Assembly: GCA_965372635.1 (NCBI GenBank)
Contig: CBDVDA010000002.1
Span: forward strand, 1-50,134
Direction of reading: 5' to 3'
From: an uncultured bacterium
GTDB lineage: Bacteria; Desulfobacterota; JADFVX01
Length of the DNA stretch: 50,134 bases
In this document: piece after piece, positions 25,379-36,483 of the stretch
Layout of the letters: every line of letters begins with the position of its first letter
Position numbering within the stretch: the first letter of the stretch is position 1
Notes under the pieces: model-generated
Seen by the model: the letters and a program-made list of their open reading frames with translations, nothing else
What the model was told of the DNA's origin: nothing
Database searches by the model: none
Translations under genes and position numbers: made by a program

Positions 25379-27310
25379 CTATACCTTAAAGCGTTCCGTA
25401 ATGCGCCGGAGGTCGTCCCCCAGACGCGCAAGTTCCTGGGCCGTATTGGCGATCTCTTCGGCGCTGGCGGCGGACTCCTTCACTACCGACGAGATACTCT
25501 CCATGGACGCCGCCACCTCGTCCGATACGGCCGCCTGCTGCCGCGAGGCCTCGGTTACCATTTCGATAGAATTGACCGTCTCCTTCACCTGCCGGATGAT
25601 CTCTCCAAGCGCCTCGCCCGTATCGTTCGACAGGGTAGTCCCCTCTTCCACCTCACGGGTCACATCGGACATGGAATCGACGGCGAAAGAGGTCTCCGAC
25701 TGTATTTCTCCCACGATCTCCGTAATCTGAAGCGTCGAATCGGCCGATTTCTCGGCAAGCTTCCTGATCTCCTCGGCCACCACCTCGAAGCCCCGGCCAT
25801 GCTCGCCTGCGCGGGACGCCTCGATTGCTGCGTTTAGCGCCAGCAAGTTCGTCTGTGCGGCAATCTCCTTGATTACCTCCACTATCTGTCCGATATGTTT
25901 CGACCGCTCGCCGAGACGCTGGATCTTGGCGGCAGAATCGGACACGGACTGCTCGATGCGGGCCATGCCCGACATGGTCCGGGAAATGATTTCTCCTCCC
26001 TGGGACGCCGTTTCCGACGTCTTTTTTGAAACCTTGAGAGACCGCTCGGCATTGGTGAAGGTGCCCTGAACGGAGGTGGCCATCTCTTCCATGGCGGAGG
26101 CGACTTCTCCCGTCTGCCTGTACTGGTTATCCGTCCCGGCGGCCAACTGCTCCGTCGTGCTCGATATCTCTTCCGAAGCCGAAGCGATGCTGTTTGAGGA
26201 TTCCATGATGTTGGAGATGATCTCCCTCAAGTTCTTCGCCATATCGGCGAGAGAGGTGGCCATGTCCCCGATCTCGTCTTTTGAAGTTATCTGCAAATTC
26301 GCCGTCAGGTCGCCGTCGCCAAACTGTTTGGCAAACTCGGCCACCTTGACAAGCGGCGAGACGATGAGTCGGCTTAAAATTATACTCCCCCCCACGGCGG
26401 CGATGACGGCAAGGAGGAGAAATACGAGTTGCATCGTCTTTAACCGGCCCACACCCTTGGTCGCCTCTTTTTCATACATGCCGACGGCGGCATTCATGTT
26501 TTTCAGGAGTTTCAGGTTGTTATTTTTGAGATAATTGATGGCGCTGTTGATAACGGCAGACCCTTCCACGACGGACTCGACGCTCTCCTTAAAAGCGCCC
26601 CAAAGGGTCTCCACTTCCCCCAGCTTCGCGCGAATGGCCTTCTCTTTAATGGCTTCGACTCCGAGCTTCCGGTTACCTCGGAGAAGGGCCTTGTGCGTAC
26701 GGTCAAAGGAGTTTAGAGTTGCGGAAAGGACTTTCTTGTCCAACTTCCCCTGGCTTAGAAGGAGCGCCTCTTTCGTCATTTTCTGGGAAAGCATCCTCTG
26801 CCGTCCCGCCAGGTTGATCACCTTGGCCGGGAGTTTTGCCCTCTCCATAAGGAGGACCGCTTCGTTCAATTTCTTTAAAAGATCGACATTGTTGCTGTTA
26901 ATATAGGCGAGGGAAACATTGCGATCATAGGCATTTGCGGCCACCACATCGAGGTTTTTCTTGAATCCCTTCCAGATGCCGGAGATGGCATTCAACTGCG
27001 TAAGGATATGGGGGGCCTTCGTCGGCGGCAGGCCCAGTCCTGAGTCGCCGGAGATCAGCCCCTTAAGGGTCTTGTCGAAGAGTGCACTGGTTTTCTTCAG
27101 GCTCTCCACCTTTTCAATATCCTGGCTGACGCCGAGCGCCTCTTTGGTCATTTTCTGGGAAAGCATCCGTTGCTTCCCGGCCAGATTGATTACGACGCCG
27201 TCGCTCTTTTGCGCATTGAGCGTCAAAAATGTAGCCATAATGGCAAGCCCCATGAGCAAAAGGAGCCCGAGAAATACGGCAAATAGTTTTAGATTGATCC
27301 CCACTCTCAT
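25379..27310 (-). CDS. Methyl-accepting chemotaxis protein with two PilJ/NarX-P-box-type periplasmic modules
   Basis: 643 aa. [19 protein letters not shown] and [19 protein letters not shown] occur in the periplasmic region. HAMP region [10 protein letters not shown]. The signalling-domain core is [35 protein letters not shown]. Confidence 0.88.
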   Translation of the reverse strand: MRVGINLKLFAVFLGLLLLMGLAIMATFLTLNAQKSDGVVINLAGKQRMLSQKMTKEALGVSQDIEKVESLKKTSALFDKTLKGLISGDSGLGLPPTKAPHILTQLNAISGIWKGFKKNLDVVAANAYDRNVSLAYINSNNVDLLKKLNEAVLLMERAKLPAKVINLAGRQRMLSQKMTKEALLLSQGKLDKKVLSATLNSFDRTHKALLRGNRKLGVEAIKEKAIRAKLGEVETLWGAFKESVESVVEGSAVINSAINYLKNNNLKLLKNMNAAVGMYEKEATKGVGRLKTMQLVFLLLAVIAAVGGSIILSRLIVSPLVKVAEFAKQFGDGDLTANLQITSKDEIGDMATSLADMAKNLREIISNIMESSNSIASASEEISSTTEQLAAGTDNQYRQTGEVASAMEEMATSVQGTFTNAERSLKVSKKTSETASQGGEIISRTMSGMARIEQSVSDSAAKIQRLGERSKHIGQIVEVIKEIAAQTNLLALNAAIEASRAGEHGRGFEVVAEEIRKLAEKSADSTLQITEIVGEIQSETSFAVDSMSDVTREVEEGTTLSNDTGEALGEIIRQVKETVNSIEMVTEASRQQAAVSDEVAASMESISSVVKESAASAEEIANTAQELARLGDDLRRITERFKV

Positions 27311-27324
27311 AATTCCTGCCTCCT

Positions 27325-29322
27325 CTAAGTTTTAAATCGTTCCGTTAAACGTTGCAGGTTGTCGCCAAGCCGGGCAAGTTCCTGCGCTGTATTTGAAATC
27401 TCTTCAGAGGCGGCAGCTGTCTCCTTCGTAATGGTGGATATACTCTCCACCGATGCCGCCACTTCATCGGAAACGGAGGCCTGCTGTTTGGATGCCTCTG
27501 CCACCATTTCAATAGAATCGACGGTCTCCTTTACCTGCCGGATGATCTCCTGGAGCGCCTCGCCCGTCTGGTTGGAGAGCTTCGTCCCTTCCGAAACCTC
27601 GGCAGTCGCCTCTTTCATGGACGTAACGGTCAAGGCCGTATCACCCTGTATCTCTCCAACGATCTCCGTAATCTGCAGGGTGGATTCCGCCGATTTTTCG
27701 GCAAGCTTCCTGATCTCCTCGGCTACCACCTCGAAGCCGCGCCCATGCTCCCCGGCGCGCGAAGCCTCGATTGCGGCATTGAGAGCCAGGAGGTTCGTCT
27801 GGGCGGCAATCTCCTTGATCACCTCCACGATCTTTCCGATCTGGTTCGAGCGGTCTCCAAGGGCCTGCACCTTCGCACTCGACTGGGAAACGACGTCTTC
27901 GATGCGAGCCATGCCGCTCATGGTGTTGCTCACGATGTCGCCCCCCTTCGATGCCGTCTCCGACGTTTTCTTGGAAACATCGAGGGATTTCTGGGAATTG
28001 ATGAAGGTGGCCTGTACCGAATTGGCCATCTCTTCCATGGCGGAGGCCACTTCCGTCGACTGTCTCGCCTGGTTGTCGGCGCCGGCGGCCAACTCCTCCG
28101 TCGAACTCGATATCTCTTCCGAAGCACTGGCGATACTGGTGGACGCCTCCTTAATATCTTTAATCATCTCCTGGAGACCGTCCATGAATTTATTGAAGGC
28201 CGTCGAGGACTCGGCAACTTCGTCCTTTCCTATTACATCCAGCCTGAGCGTCAGGTCGCCGCCGCCGGAAGCGAGGTCCTCCATCGATTTCCTCTGTAAA
28301 ACAATTGGACCCGTAATGCCCCGGTTGATGGAAAAGGAAACGACAACGGCAAAAAGAAAGGAAAGGACTGTCACTCCCAGGTACTGTATCAGGTCGCGCC
28401 GGGCGCTATCCTTAAAATTAGCCGCCTTCGATTTCAACTCCTGCGACAGCTTGTCCTCCACCTCTTTAAGCAGGTTGATCTTCCCCGTAATCGTCTTAAA
28501 CCAGTAGGAGGCATCGACCTCAAAACCTCCGGAGGCGGCCTTCCCGAAGGCAATTCCCCGCATCCGGTCCACTTCATCCACATACTCCCCCTGCACCTTG
28601 GTCTTGTAATAGGTCTTCTCAGAAGGAGAAGCAAAGCCCATAAAAACCCTCATGTAGGTACGCTGCGCCTCGACGAGAAAAGCGAACTTGTTATACATGC
28701 CGGGGCCAAACCTGTCCGCCGCAAAGGTGTTGCTGAGCACTGCCCGTTCGATACCGGCCCGTTCCTTTCCTTGCAAGAAGTTGACATAGGCGGCAATCGT
28801 AGTGGAGAGTTCCGCATTGCTGCTTATCTTTCCGATGAAGGCGATCGTCTCCAGAAAGGAGGCGTTCATCCTCGTATAATAACCGATCGCCTCAGCCACA
28901 GAAAGCTTGAGGGCGGTGATTTCGCCCCTCATCTTTTCGACCTTACTCAGATCGGCCAGGCTCCTGTCGAGGACTCCCTTGAATTCACTCCCGTAACGGT
29001 TGTCGTCGAAACCTCGCAGGAAACCGCTGAGGTCGGCCCGCTTTTTGTCCGTCGATTTCCTCTGCGCCGGCAATTCTTGGGCAAACTTCTTCCCTTTTCC
29101 ACCGATGTAGCCGGCGGTACGTCCTCTTTCCTTCTGCGTTTCATGAACGAGGGCGCTTATCTTGACGGCCAGGTCGGAGAGCCGCTCCAGGTCCTTCATG
29201 TCTTCAGACACCGTGTATTTGTCCAGCACGCTGTCGGCGGAAAAATAAAGCAGCCCGGCAAGCGGAAAAAACATCATTAAAATGAGCTTGTTCCTGATTC
29301 TAAGATTGTTTAAAAACGTCAT
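27325..29322 (-). CDS. Methyl-accepting chemotaxis protein with an NIT (nitrate/nitrite-sensing type) periplasmic domain
   Basis: 665 aa. The NIT-like signature is [23 protein letters not shown]...QRKSTD. HAMP region GGGDLTLRL. The signalling-domain core is identical to that of the neighbouring MCP. Confidence 0.85.
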   Translation of the reverse strand: MTFLNNLRIRNKLILMMFFPLAGLLYFSADSVLDKYTVSEDMKDLERLSDLAVKISALVHETQKERGRTAGYIGGKGKKFAQELPAQRKSTDKKRADLSGFLRGFDDNRYGSEFKGVLDRSLADLSKVEKMRGEITALKLSVAEAIGYYTRMNASFLETIAFIGKISSNAELSTTIAAYVNFLQGKERAGIERAVLSNTFAADRFGPGMYNKFAFLVEAQRTYMRVFMGFASPSEKTYYKTKVQGEYVDEVDRMRGIAFGKAASGGFEVDASYWFKTITGKINLLKEVEDKLSQELKSKAANFKDSARRDLIQYLGVTVLSFLFAVVVSFSINRGITGPIVLQRKSMEDLASGGGDLTLRLDVIGKDEVAESSTAFNKFMDGLQEMIKDIKEASTSIASASEEISSSTEELAAGADNQARQSTEVASAMEEMANSVQATFINSQKSLDVSKKTSETASKGGDIVSNTMSGMARIEDVVSQSSAKVQALGDRSNQIGKIVEVIKEIAAQTNLLALNAAIEASRAGEHGRGFEVVAEEIRKLAEKSAESTLQITEIVGEIQGDTALTVTSMKEATAEVSEGTKLSNQTGEALQEIIRQVKETVDSIEMVAEASKQQASVSDEVAASVESISTITKETAAASEEISNTAQELARLGDNLQRLTERFKT

Positions 29323-29416
29323 AACGCTCCTCCTTATCCCTTAGGTCTTAAAATTGTTTCCCGTCCATTAATGGCGTTTCCGCCTCCATTCATTTTTGTG
29401 AAAAAGCCGGATTTTT

Positions 29417-31084
29417 TCATATCCCCTGCCAGAGGGTAGGCACATCCAAAACGAGGACGATCTCCCCCGTCCCGAGGATACTGGCGCCCGAGATGCCGTC
29501 GAGCGGCGTCTCCAGCCTTTCTATAAAAGGCCCTAGCGGTTTGATTACCGTTTCCACCTTCCCCAGGAATTCATCGATGACGATGCCCGCCTTCATCCCC
29601 ATCTGGTTGAGGACCACCGTATTCATCCTCCCGGTCAGCTGCCTTTCCACCTCGCCCTGTTCGAGGTTAAAGAGCGTCGAGAGACGGTGGATAGGGACCG
29701 CCTTGTGCCGGACCATATAAACCATCTGGCCTTTCATATATTCCACCTTGTCTTCATAAATCATGATCGTCTCATCCACGTAGGGCATGGGAATACCGAA
29801 AACGAGGTTCCCCTCCCGGACGAGGAATAGCTGCACAATGGCGAGAGTCAGCGGGACCCTGACGGTGACTGTCGTCCCTTTTCTCTCTTCCCATTCAAGC
29901 CCCACATCCCCTCCCACCTTTTCGATGTTGGATTTCACCACGTCCATGCCGACCCCTCGCCCGGAGACAGAACTTATTTCGCTCGCCGTACTAAAACCGG
30001 TATGGAATATGTAGCGGGCCGCCTCATCGTCGGAGAGCTCCCGCATGTCGTCGGCGCTTACGATTCCCTTTTCCACCGCTTTTCTTCTGATTTCAGGAAT
30101 ATTCAAACCGCGTCCGTCGTCTTTGATCTGAATGAAGATGCTGTTGTGCTCGTGGTAGGCATTAAGGATGATCGTCCCCGACTGCGGTTTGCCGATTTTC
30201 ACCCGTTCACTCTTTTCCTCGATGGCATGGCCGATACAGTTCCGGACAAGGTGGACCAGCGGGTCGTAGAGGATTTCGATGACACTCTTGTCGAGTTCCG
30301 TGTCTTCCCCCTGGATATCGAGGCGCACCTCTTTCCCAAGGGAACGAGCCGTATCCCTCACGAGACGGTAAAAACGGTTAAAAAGGTCCTGCACCGGCAC
30401 CATCCTGATGCCGAGGACTTCACTTTGAAGCTGGGATGAGATATTGTTGATGTAGGAGGCGATTTCGATCAGATCGTCGTTTTTGATCTCATTGCTGATC
30501 TGGAGCAGCCTGCTCCTGCCCGCTGCAAGTTCCCCCACAAGGTTGACCATTTTGTCGAGACGAAGGGTGCTCACCCGCATGAAAGCGGTGTCTCTCACAT
30601 CCTGCGGTTCTGTTTCCTTGGTGACTTCCTTTTCCAATGTCACCTTTTTGGCCTCGCTCACTTGTCCCTGCGGCGCACCCTGGCGAGGCCCGACAAGAAG
30701 GGATTCGAGGTCGCTCACGATGCCGGTCAGGTCCCGGTCGGACTCGTTTCCGGCGATGAAATCTTCAAGCAGGAGGGAGGCGATATCAATGGCGCGAAAA
30801 AAAACGTCGTTGATCTCGGGGAAGAAGTCTAATTCATTGTCCCTCAATTTATCGAGAACGTTTTCTATTTTATGGGCAACCGTACTTAGCGTGGTAAGGC
30901 CGATAAAACCGGCATTACCCTTCAGGGTATGGGCGGATCTGAAAAGGCTGTTGATAACCTCCTCATCGCCGGGCGATTTTTCTAAACTGACGAGTTCCCG
31001 GGAAAGTTTTTCCAGTATATCCTTGTTTTCGGATATAAATTCCCCGTAGAGTTCCCTCAGATCAGGTCCTTCGTTATCGGTCAT
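29417..31084 (-). CDS. cheA: Chemotaxis histidine kinase CheA (module 2, short form)
   Basis: 555 aa. HPt FRSAHTLKGNAGFIG, N-box LVHLVRNCIGHAIE, G1 DDGRGL, G2 SGRGVGMDVV and a C-terminal CheW-like domain. Confidence 0.93.
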   Translation of the reverse strand: MTDNEGPDLRELYGEFISENKDILEKLSRELVSLEKSPGDEEVINSLFRSAHTLKGNAGFIGLTTLSTVAHKIENVLDKLRDNELDFFPEINDVFFRAIDIASLLLEDFIAGNESDRDLTGIVSDLESLLVGPRQGAPQGQVSEAKKVTLEKEVTKETEPQDVRDTAFMRVSTLRLDKMVNLVGELAAGRSRLLQISNEIKNDDLIEIASYINNISSQLQSEVLGIRMVPVQDLFNRFYRLVRDTARSLGKEVRLDIQGEDTELDKSVIEILYDPLVHLVRNCIGHAIEEKSERVKIGKPQSGTIILNAYHEHNSIFIQIKDDGRGLNIPEIRRKAVEKGIVSADDMRELSDDEAARYIFHTGFSTASEISSVSGRGVGMDVVKSNIEKVGGDVGLEWEERKGTTVTVRVPLTLAIVQLFLVREGNLVFGIPMPYVDETIMIYEDKVEYMKGQMVYMVRHKAVPIHRLSTLFNLEQGEVERQLTGRMNTVVLNQMGMKAGIVIDEFLGKVETVIKPLGPFIERLETPLDGISGASILGTGEIVLVLDVPTLWQGI

Positions 31085-31098
31085 TCAGACCACCTTTT

Positions 31099-31464
31099 CT
31101 ATCCTATAACCTTTGTAACAGCTTCCAGCAGTTCGGGCGGCTGGAAAGGTTTATTCAGGAAATTTTCCGCCCCAAGGTCCATGGCCGCCTGCCTGTCCTC
31201 CTCCCCTTTTTCGCTCGACAGCATGATAACGGGCGTCTTGGAAAACTCGGGATTGGACTTGACCTCCTTCAGTACCTCAAGGCCGTTCATCCTCGGCATC
31301 ATGATGTCGAGGATAATGAGATCGAAGGTATCGTTGGACACCTTCTCCATCCCTTCAATACCATCGTTCGCCGTGACAACATCGTACCCCTTGTACTTGA
31401 GTGTAAAGGAGATAAACTTCTGCGTTGCCGGCGAATCTTCAACACACAGGATCTTCTTTGCCAT
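31099..31464 (-). CDS. cheY: CheY-like response regulator (module 2)
   Basis: 121 aa. ILCVEDSPAT, LIILDIMMPRMNGLE and FLNKPF. Confidence 0.9.
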   Translation of the reverse strand: MAKKILCVEDSPATQKFISFTLKYKGYDVVTANDGIEGMEKVSNDTFDLIILDIMMPRMNGLEVLKEVKSNPEFSKTPVIMLSSEKGEEDRQAAMDLGAENFLNKPFQPPELLEAVTKVIG

Positions 31465-31488
31465 TTTTCATTCCTCCATGAAATTCCA

Positions 31489-32355
31489 TTATACTTTAAG
31501 GTAAACAGGGCCTCCTCGGTGAAACTCGAGTTTAAAGGGAATCTTTTTCACATCGATAATCTCTGCATTCCCGAGGATGAGCGCCCCTCCCCGGCTCAGC
31601 AGTTCGTAAAACTTCTCCGCAATCATATGCTTCACCTCATCGGGGAAATAAATAAATACGTTCCGGCAAAGGATGACATCCATCCCCTGGTAAAGAGAGA
31701 GCGAATCGACCTCTTTCAGGTTAACCCGCCGGTAGGTGATCATATCCTTTATTCCACTCTCCGCCCGGTACGACTTGTCGTCTTTCGTAAAATATTTCTT
31801 TTTAATATCGTCTAAGGGTATGCGGAAAGAATTCTCGCCAAAAACCCCCTTTCCCGCCTTTTCAAGCGCCCGTGTGGAAATGTCGGAGGCGAGAATGGAG
31901 ATGTTCCACCCTTTCAAGTGAGGGAATTTCTCTTTCAGTATCATCGCTAGGGTGAGCGGCTCTTCCCCGGTGGAACAGACGGCGCTCCAGATTTTCAACC
32001 TGTTGTCGCGCACCTTCTCCTTGTCTTCGATGATCTTTTTCAGAACCACGTCGCTCAGAGTGTCGAGCTGATCGGGGTGCCTGAAAAAGCTCGTTTCGTG
32101 AACCGTGATAAGGTTGATCAACTCCTGCAGTTCGCTGCTCGCGCCGCCGTCGTCATATTTCAGCTTGTAGTAATACTCCCTGTAATCGGTGAGGCTGTTC
32201 ACCATCATCCGCTCTTTCACGCGGTATTCCAGGTAATCGATGCGGTTGTCCCTGATCCTGATCCCCGCTTTCTCGCTGATAAAATCCCTGAAGATCGCGA
32301 AGAATTCAGCATTCAGCTTTTCGATGGCATGGTCATCGCCGAAATCAAAGAGCAT
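31489..32355 (-). CDS. cheR: Chemotaxis protein methyltransferase CheR
   Basis: 288 aa. The N-terminal helical domain contains TSFFRHP. The SAM-binding region is LKIWSAVCSTGEEPLTLAM. VILCRNVFIYF is also present. Confidence 0.9.
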   Translation of the reverse strand: MLFDFGDDHAIEKLNAEFFAIFRDFISEKAGIRIRDNRIDYLEYRVKERMMVNSLTDYREYYYKLKYDDGGASSELQELINLITVHETSFFRHPDQLDTLSDVVLKKIIEDKEKVRDNRLKIWSAVCSTGEEPLTLAMILKEKFPHLKGWNISILASDISTRALEKAGKGVFGENSFRIPLDDIKKKYFTKDDKSYRAESGIKDMITYRRVNLKEVDSLSLYQGMDVILCRNVFIYFPDEVKHMIAEKFYELLSRGGALILGNAEIIDVKKIPFKLEFHRGGPVYLKV

Positions 32356-34349
32356 CAGTTTTCCTTCTGTTCAAGCATTCTCTTCGCCGCTTCCTTGACA
32401 AAAAGGTTGTTATCTTCAGTCATCTTTTTAATCTGTTCAAGGCTTTCCTCGTCATCATATTTTCCAAGCCCTCTAACAGCGCTCTCACGCACTTTCCAGG
32501 AGACATCCTTCACCCCTTCGAGGAAGACCGCTTTATCTATCTTATTTTCCGAGAGGGACAGCACTTCAATGAAGGCCTGCCTTACGTCTTCATCCTCTTC
32601 TTCGCTGAAGGAAATCAACTCTTCATCGATTTCATCGGGCGCGATGTCGAGAAGCGCTTTTAGGGTTACGATCCTGACTGCGCCGAGGGGATCTTCCACC
32701 GTCTTTTTCAAAACGGTAAGCGCCCGCGTGTCTTTGAGGCTGCGGAGGGACTGAACGGAGTGATACCTGACCCAGGGATCGCTATCCTGCGCCGTCAGCA
32801 GAAGCGGCTGGACGCCCCGCTGATCGGCGAGTTTACCGAGTACGATGGCCGCCGATTTCCTGAGCACCGGGTCATCGCTGCCGAGCAGCATGATCGGAAT
32901 CGATCCAATGCCCTCCCTCCCCTCAATCTCGGCCAGCGCGAAAACAGTGGCCTGTTTGACGTTGCTGTCACTGTCGAGGAGAAGCTTCTCCATCTCCTCC
33001 TTCGCCTCTTCCACTTTTAAAAGCCCCATAATTTCAGCAATGGAACGCTTCAGCATGGGATTTGCATCGACCAATGAATCGAGAAGCTGACCGCACTGCC
33101 CCTTATCGGGTTTGATCCCCACAATCGCCTTTACGGCAGCCGACCGGATCAATTCGGAATAATCCTCCAAAAAATCTCTCAGGCGTTCAAAAACCCCGTC
33201 GCCGCCGATCTTCCCAAGCAGGTTGATAGAGGCGATTTTCAGGTCCTCATCGTCCTCTTCCAGGGTACGCATGACAAATTTAAGCGCCCTGTCGTCGTCG
33301 ATCTCTTCCAGTGCCTTTATGGCAAGAAGTTTGGCCCGCTTTTCCGGAATATCGATAAAGCTGCTAAGCGAATCGACGGACGCCGGTCCAAGTTCGGCAA
33401 GGGTCTCGCCCGCCTGCTTGCTTACGTCATAATCTTCATCGCCGAGGAGCTTGGTCAGCGGCTTGACGGCGCCCTCCGCCTTCAGCCAGCCGAGCAGCAC
33501 GGCTGCCGCTCCCCTCGCCTCCGAATCTTCGCTGGCGAGCGTGGAAATCAATCGTTCGGAAACAACCTCCCCGTTTATGCCGAGCGATGAAAAACCGCTC
33601 ACGTCGAAGTCGCTGTTCTTCTCCTTGATGCTGACGAGCGCTTTTGCACTGGACGCCACGATCTCGTCGTTGTCATTTTCCAGGTTGGCAAGCAGCACCG
33701 GGATGGCCTGGACATCGCCGATTTTGCCGAGCGCGTCACTGGCTGGCGAGACGACGAAAAACTCCTTTTCCATTACCTCGAGGATTTTATCGACGGCCTT
33801 ACTGTCGCCGATATCGCCGAGCGCTTCCAGGGCCGCCGTCTGGATCCACATATCTTCATCGAGACAAGGGAGCAGCGCATCGATAGCGCTGCTCTCTTTC
33901 ATCTTGCCGAGAGCGAGGATGATGTAATACCTCGAATCGCCTTTCGAACGCGCCAGCGCGCCGAGAAGAGGTTTCAACCCCTTTTTGTTCCCAATGTCCC
34001 CGATGCAGTCCGCCGAATACCTGACCGTGTTGTCGTCCTCGTCTTCCAGTGATTTCGAGAGCGCATCGAGGGCGAGGTCTCCAAGGCCCGTCAGTATCTT
34101 GACGGCCGAGTTTCTCACCCTGGCGTCGGTGTCCTTCAGTACCGTAAGGAACATGGCGACCCCCGACTCGTCGCCGATCGTAAGGATAGACTCGACGGCC
34201 ATCTCCCGAACCAGCCAGCTTTCATCACTGAAGGCGTCAATGAGCGCACGGAGACCCTTGTCGGACTTTATGGAACCGAGTTTGTGGGCCGCCTCCCGGC
34301 GTCTCACCTCGTCTCCGTTCTTTAATGTTTCAATTAACTCATCCACCAT
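32355..34349 (-). CDS. HEAT-repeat (PBS-lyase-like) protein, 664 aa, Cpc7-like by context
   Basis: About 30-aa repeat units of the form D.D..VR..A..ALG.IGD..A...L recur throughout the protein. The stop shares 1 nt with the cheR start (TGATG). Confidence 0.8.
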   Translation of the reverse strand: MVDELIETLKNGDEVRRREAAHKLGSIKSDKGLRALIDAFSDESWLVREMAVESILTIGDESGVAMFLTVLKDTDARVRNSAVKILTGLGDLALDALSKSLEDEDDNTVRYSADCIGDIGNKKGLKPLLGALARSKGDSRYYIILALGKMKESSAIDALLPCLDEDMWIQTAALEALGDIGDSKAVDKILEVMEKEFFVVSPASDALGKIGDVQAIPVLLANLENDNDEIVASSAKALVSIKEKNSDFDVSGFSSLGINGEVVSERLISTLASEDSEARGAAAVLLGWLKAEGAVKPLTKLLGDEDYDVSKQAGETLAELGPASVDSLSSFIDIPEKRAKLLAIKALEEIDDDRALKFVMRTLEEDDEDLKIASINLLGKIGGDGVFERLRDFLEDYSELIRSAAVKAIVGIKPDKGQCGQLLDSLVDANPMLKRSIAEIMGLLKVEEAKEEMEKLLLDSDSNVKQATVFALAEIEGREGIGSIPIMLLGSDDPVLRKSAAIVLGKLADQRGVQPLLLTAQDSDPWVRYHSVQSLRSLKDTRALTVLKKTVEDPLGAVRIVTLKALLDIAPDEIDEELISFSEEEDEDVRQAFIEVLSLSENKIDKAVFLEGVKDVSWKVRESAVRGLGKYDDEESLEQIKKMTEDNNLFVKEAAKRMLEQKEN

Positions 34350-34402
34350 AAATAAATTCCTCAGGCTCTAATCCCGTATTACCACCCCCTAAATGGAACA
34401 GA

Positions 34403-35971
34403 CTAGTTTAGAAAAGGTTTCGACGCCTCATCAAAATCGTTTTTCACCGTCTCCACCGTATCGGCCAGGTCCTTGATGGCGTTGATATTCTCAGTGGAGA
34501 TAAAATTGATGATCTCCGTCGCCTGCTTGATCTGCTCGCTGTCGTGCTCCTGCTCGTTTGTAAGGTTCGTCAGGTCTTCCACCACGGTAATCACTTCACT
34601 GATTACGTCGGCAATCTGTATGGACGACTGGTGCTGTTTCTCCGTCGCCTCCTTCACCTCTTTCGTTAGCTCGATGATGCGGGTGGCCGACTCGTCGACG
34701 GAACGGTTGATGTTCACGTGTGATTCAATCGATTTTCCGGCGATATCGAGGTTGGTCGCCTCTTCCTGGATGGCGGAGAGAACGTCGTCGGCCATCTTCA
34801 CCTGCTGGCTCGTAGCGGAAAGGATGCTTTCCGACATCTCCACCGACGCCCTGGAACTCGATTGAATCTTCTTTAGAATTTCACCCGCCTTGTTGGCGAG
34901 AGAAACGCCTTCCTCCACGCCCCACATGCCGACTTCGTTCGCCTGCACCGTGCTTTGCACCATGTTCTGGATGGCGTCGATCAACTGCGATATCTCGACG
35001 GTAGAAGTCGACGTCTGGCTGGCGAGTTTTTCCATTTCGCCCGCCACGACGGCGAAAGGTTTTCCATGCTCCCCCGCCTGTGAGGCAATAATGGAGGCGT
35101 TCAGAGCCAGGAGGTTAATCCTCGTTGCCACGCTGTCGATAAACTTAATAATATTGCCGATCTCACCCGACCGGTCTCCGAGGGTCTTGATAACGGAAGA
35201 GGATTCGGAAACGATACTCTTCAAGTTCTCCATACTCTCGATGGTCTTCCTCACCGAATCGGCGCCATGCTCCGACTCTCTTGCCACGTCTTCCGACATT
35301 TTGAAAGAATCGCCGGCGCTCTTCTCGATATTCTTCGCAAAGGTATTGATTTCCTTTATGCCCCGCGTGCTCTCCACCGAAGAGCGGCTGAGAACGGTGA
35401 AGTTCTCACTAATCATCCTGACGGACGTGCTCATCTCCTGGATATCGTCAATCGACTTCTCAAGCACCCGAATCACCTCGCGGTTATGGTTGCTAATGTC
35501 CCCGATGGCATCCACCAGACCGACAACTGAGCGTGAGGCCTTTTCCGCCGAGGGAGAAAGCCGATCGATCATGGTCACCGTCTTGCGGATGGAATCGCTG
35601 ATGCCGCCGATAGACGTTGTCGTCTCCTCCAGAGAAAAAACCTGGGCGTCGGTGCCGAGCCTCATCTTCGTCGCCCTGTCGCAAAGGCCGTAAATCGAAT
35701 CCCTGGTTGAAGTAAGAAAAGCTCGCCTTTCTTCATCCCCTGCGACCGCCGATCCCGGCACGTCCCCGTCAGGAATAGCACCCGCCCGCCCCTCCCCCTC
35801 TTTCAACGCTTCGGCAAGAGAATAAAAGGCAACGATGGAGACGAGCACCACGAGGATAGTAATCACTGCCGAGCCCAGAAAAAACTGGTTCAGGACGAGA
35901 AGATAGAGAAGCCCTAGCGTCGTATAGAAAGCGAAGGGTTGGGGGATGATGATTTTCTTTAAGAAATCCAT
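34403..35971 (-). CDS. Methyl-accepting chemotaxis protein without a recognisable sensor or HAMP domain
   Basis: 522 aa. An N-terminal hydrophobic hairpin (two TM helices with almost no loop) is followed by a long helical region. The signalling core is [36 protein letters not shown]. Confidence 0.8.
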   Translation of the reverse strand: MDFLKKIIIPQPFAFYTTLGLLYLLVLNQFFLGSAVITILVVLVSIVAFYSLAEALKEGEGRAGAIPDGDVPGSAVAGDEERRAFLTSTRDSIYGLCDRATKMRLGTDAQVFSLEETTTSIGGISDSIRKTVTMIDRLSPSAEKASRSVVGLVDAIGDISNHNREVIRVLEKSIDDIQEMSTSVRMISENFTVLSRSSVESTRGIKEINTFAKNIEKSAGDSFKMSEDVARESEHGADSVRKTIESMENLKSIVSESSSVIKTLGDRSGEIGNIIKFIDSVATRINLLALNASIIASQAGEHGKPFAVVAGEMEKLASQTSTSTVEISQLIDAIQNMVQSTVQANEVGMWGVEEGVSLANKAGEILKKIQSSSRASVEMSESILSATSQQVKMADDVLSAIQEEATNLDIAGKSIESHVNINRSVDESATRIIELTKEVKEATEKQHQSSIQIADVISEVITVVEDLTNLTNEQEHDSEQIKQATEIINFISTENINAIKDLADTVETVKNDFDEASKPFLN

Positions 35972-36029
35972 TTACTAATGGGTACCGTTACTTAGACTTT
36001 AGCGTTGTAAAATAAGTCGTTTTGCCGGT

Positions 36030-36404
36030 TCACTTTTCCACACCGAGCGCCTCGAGCGCCTTTTCCACCAAATCGGCCGATTTGAAAGGTTTCTCAAAAT
36101 AGTGATAAGCGCCGATGGAGAGGATTTTCTCACGGCTTTGAGACGAGGGCAGTGCAGAGAGAACGATGACCGGGATGTCTTTCAAGTCAGGGTCTTCCTT
36201 GCACCTCCGGCAGACCTCGAAACCATCCATCCCCGGCATCATGATGTCGAGAATAATGATGGCCGGTTTTATGGTGTTCAGCAAGCCGATCGCCTCGTCT
36301 CCGCTTTTCGCATAATCAACCTTAAACCCCTTCGCCATGAAGAGAAAACCGAGCATCTTACTCAGTTTATCATCATCGTCTATAATCAAAATCGTCTTTT
36401 CCAC
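36030..36404 (-). CDS. Single-domain CheY-like response regulator; first gene of Che module 2
   Basis: 124 aa. ILIIDDDDKL, IIILDIMMPGMDGFE and YFEKPF. Confidence 0.88.
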   Translation of the reverse strand: MEKTILIIDDDDKLSKMLGFLFMAKGFKVDYAKSGDEAIGLLNTIKPAIIILDIMMPGMDGFEVCRRCKEDPDLKDIPVIVLSALPSSQSREKILSIGAYHYFEKPFKSADLVEKALEALGVEK

Positions 36405-36483
36405 AGGACCTCCTCATACAGAGTATACTTAGAGTTGCTAAACGTTCAAAGGATTCAATTTTAAAAAATAATTTGAGTTTTAA

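Noticed and set aside
27359-28507. 382-aa plus-strand ORF; similar ones lie at 25251-25730, 26076-26534 and 34890-35693
   Set aside because: These are Ser/Ala/Thr-rich mirror ORFs antisense to the MCP genes. The MCP frames carry unmistakable signalling-domain motifs, and the antisense frames carry none.
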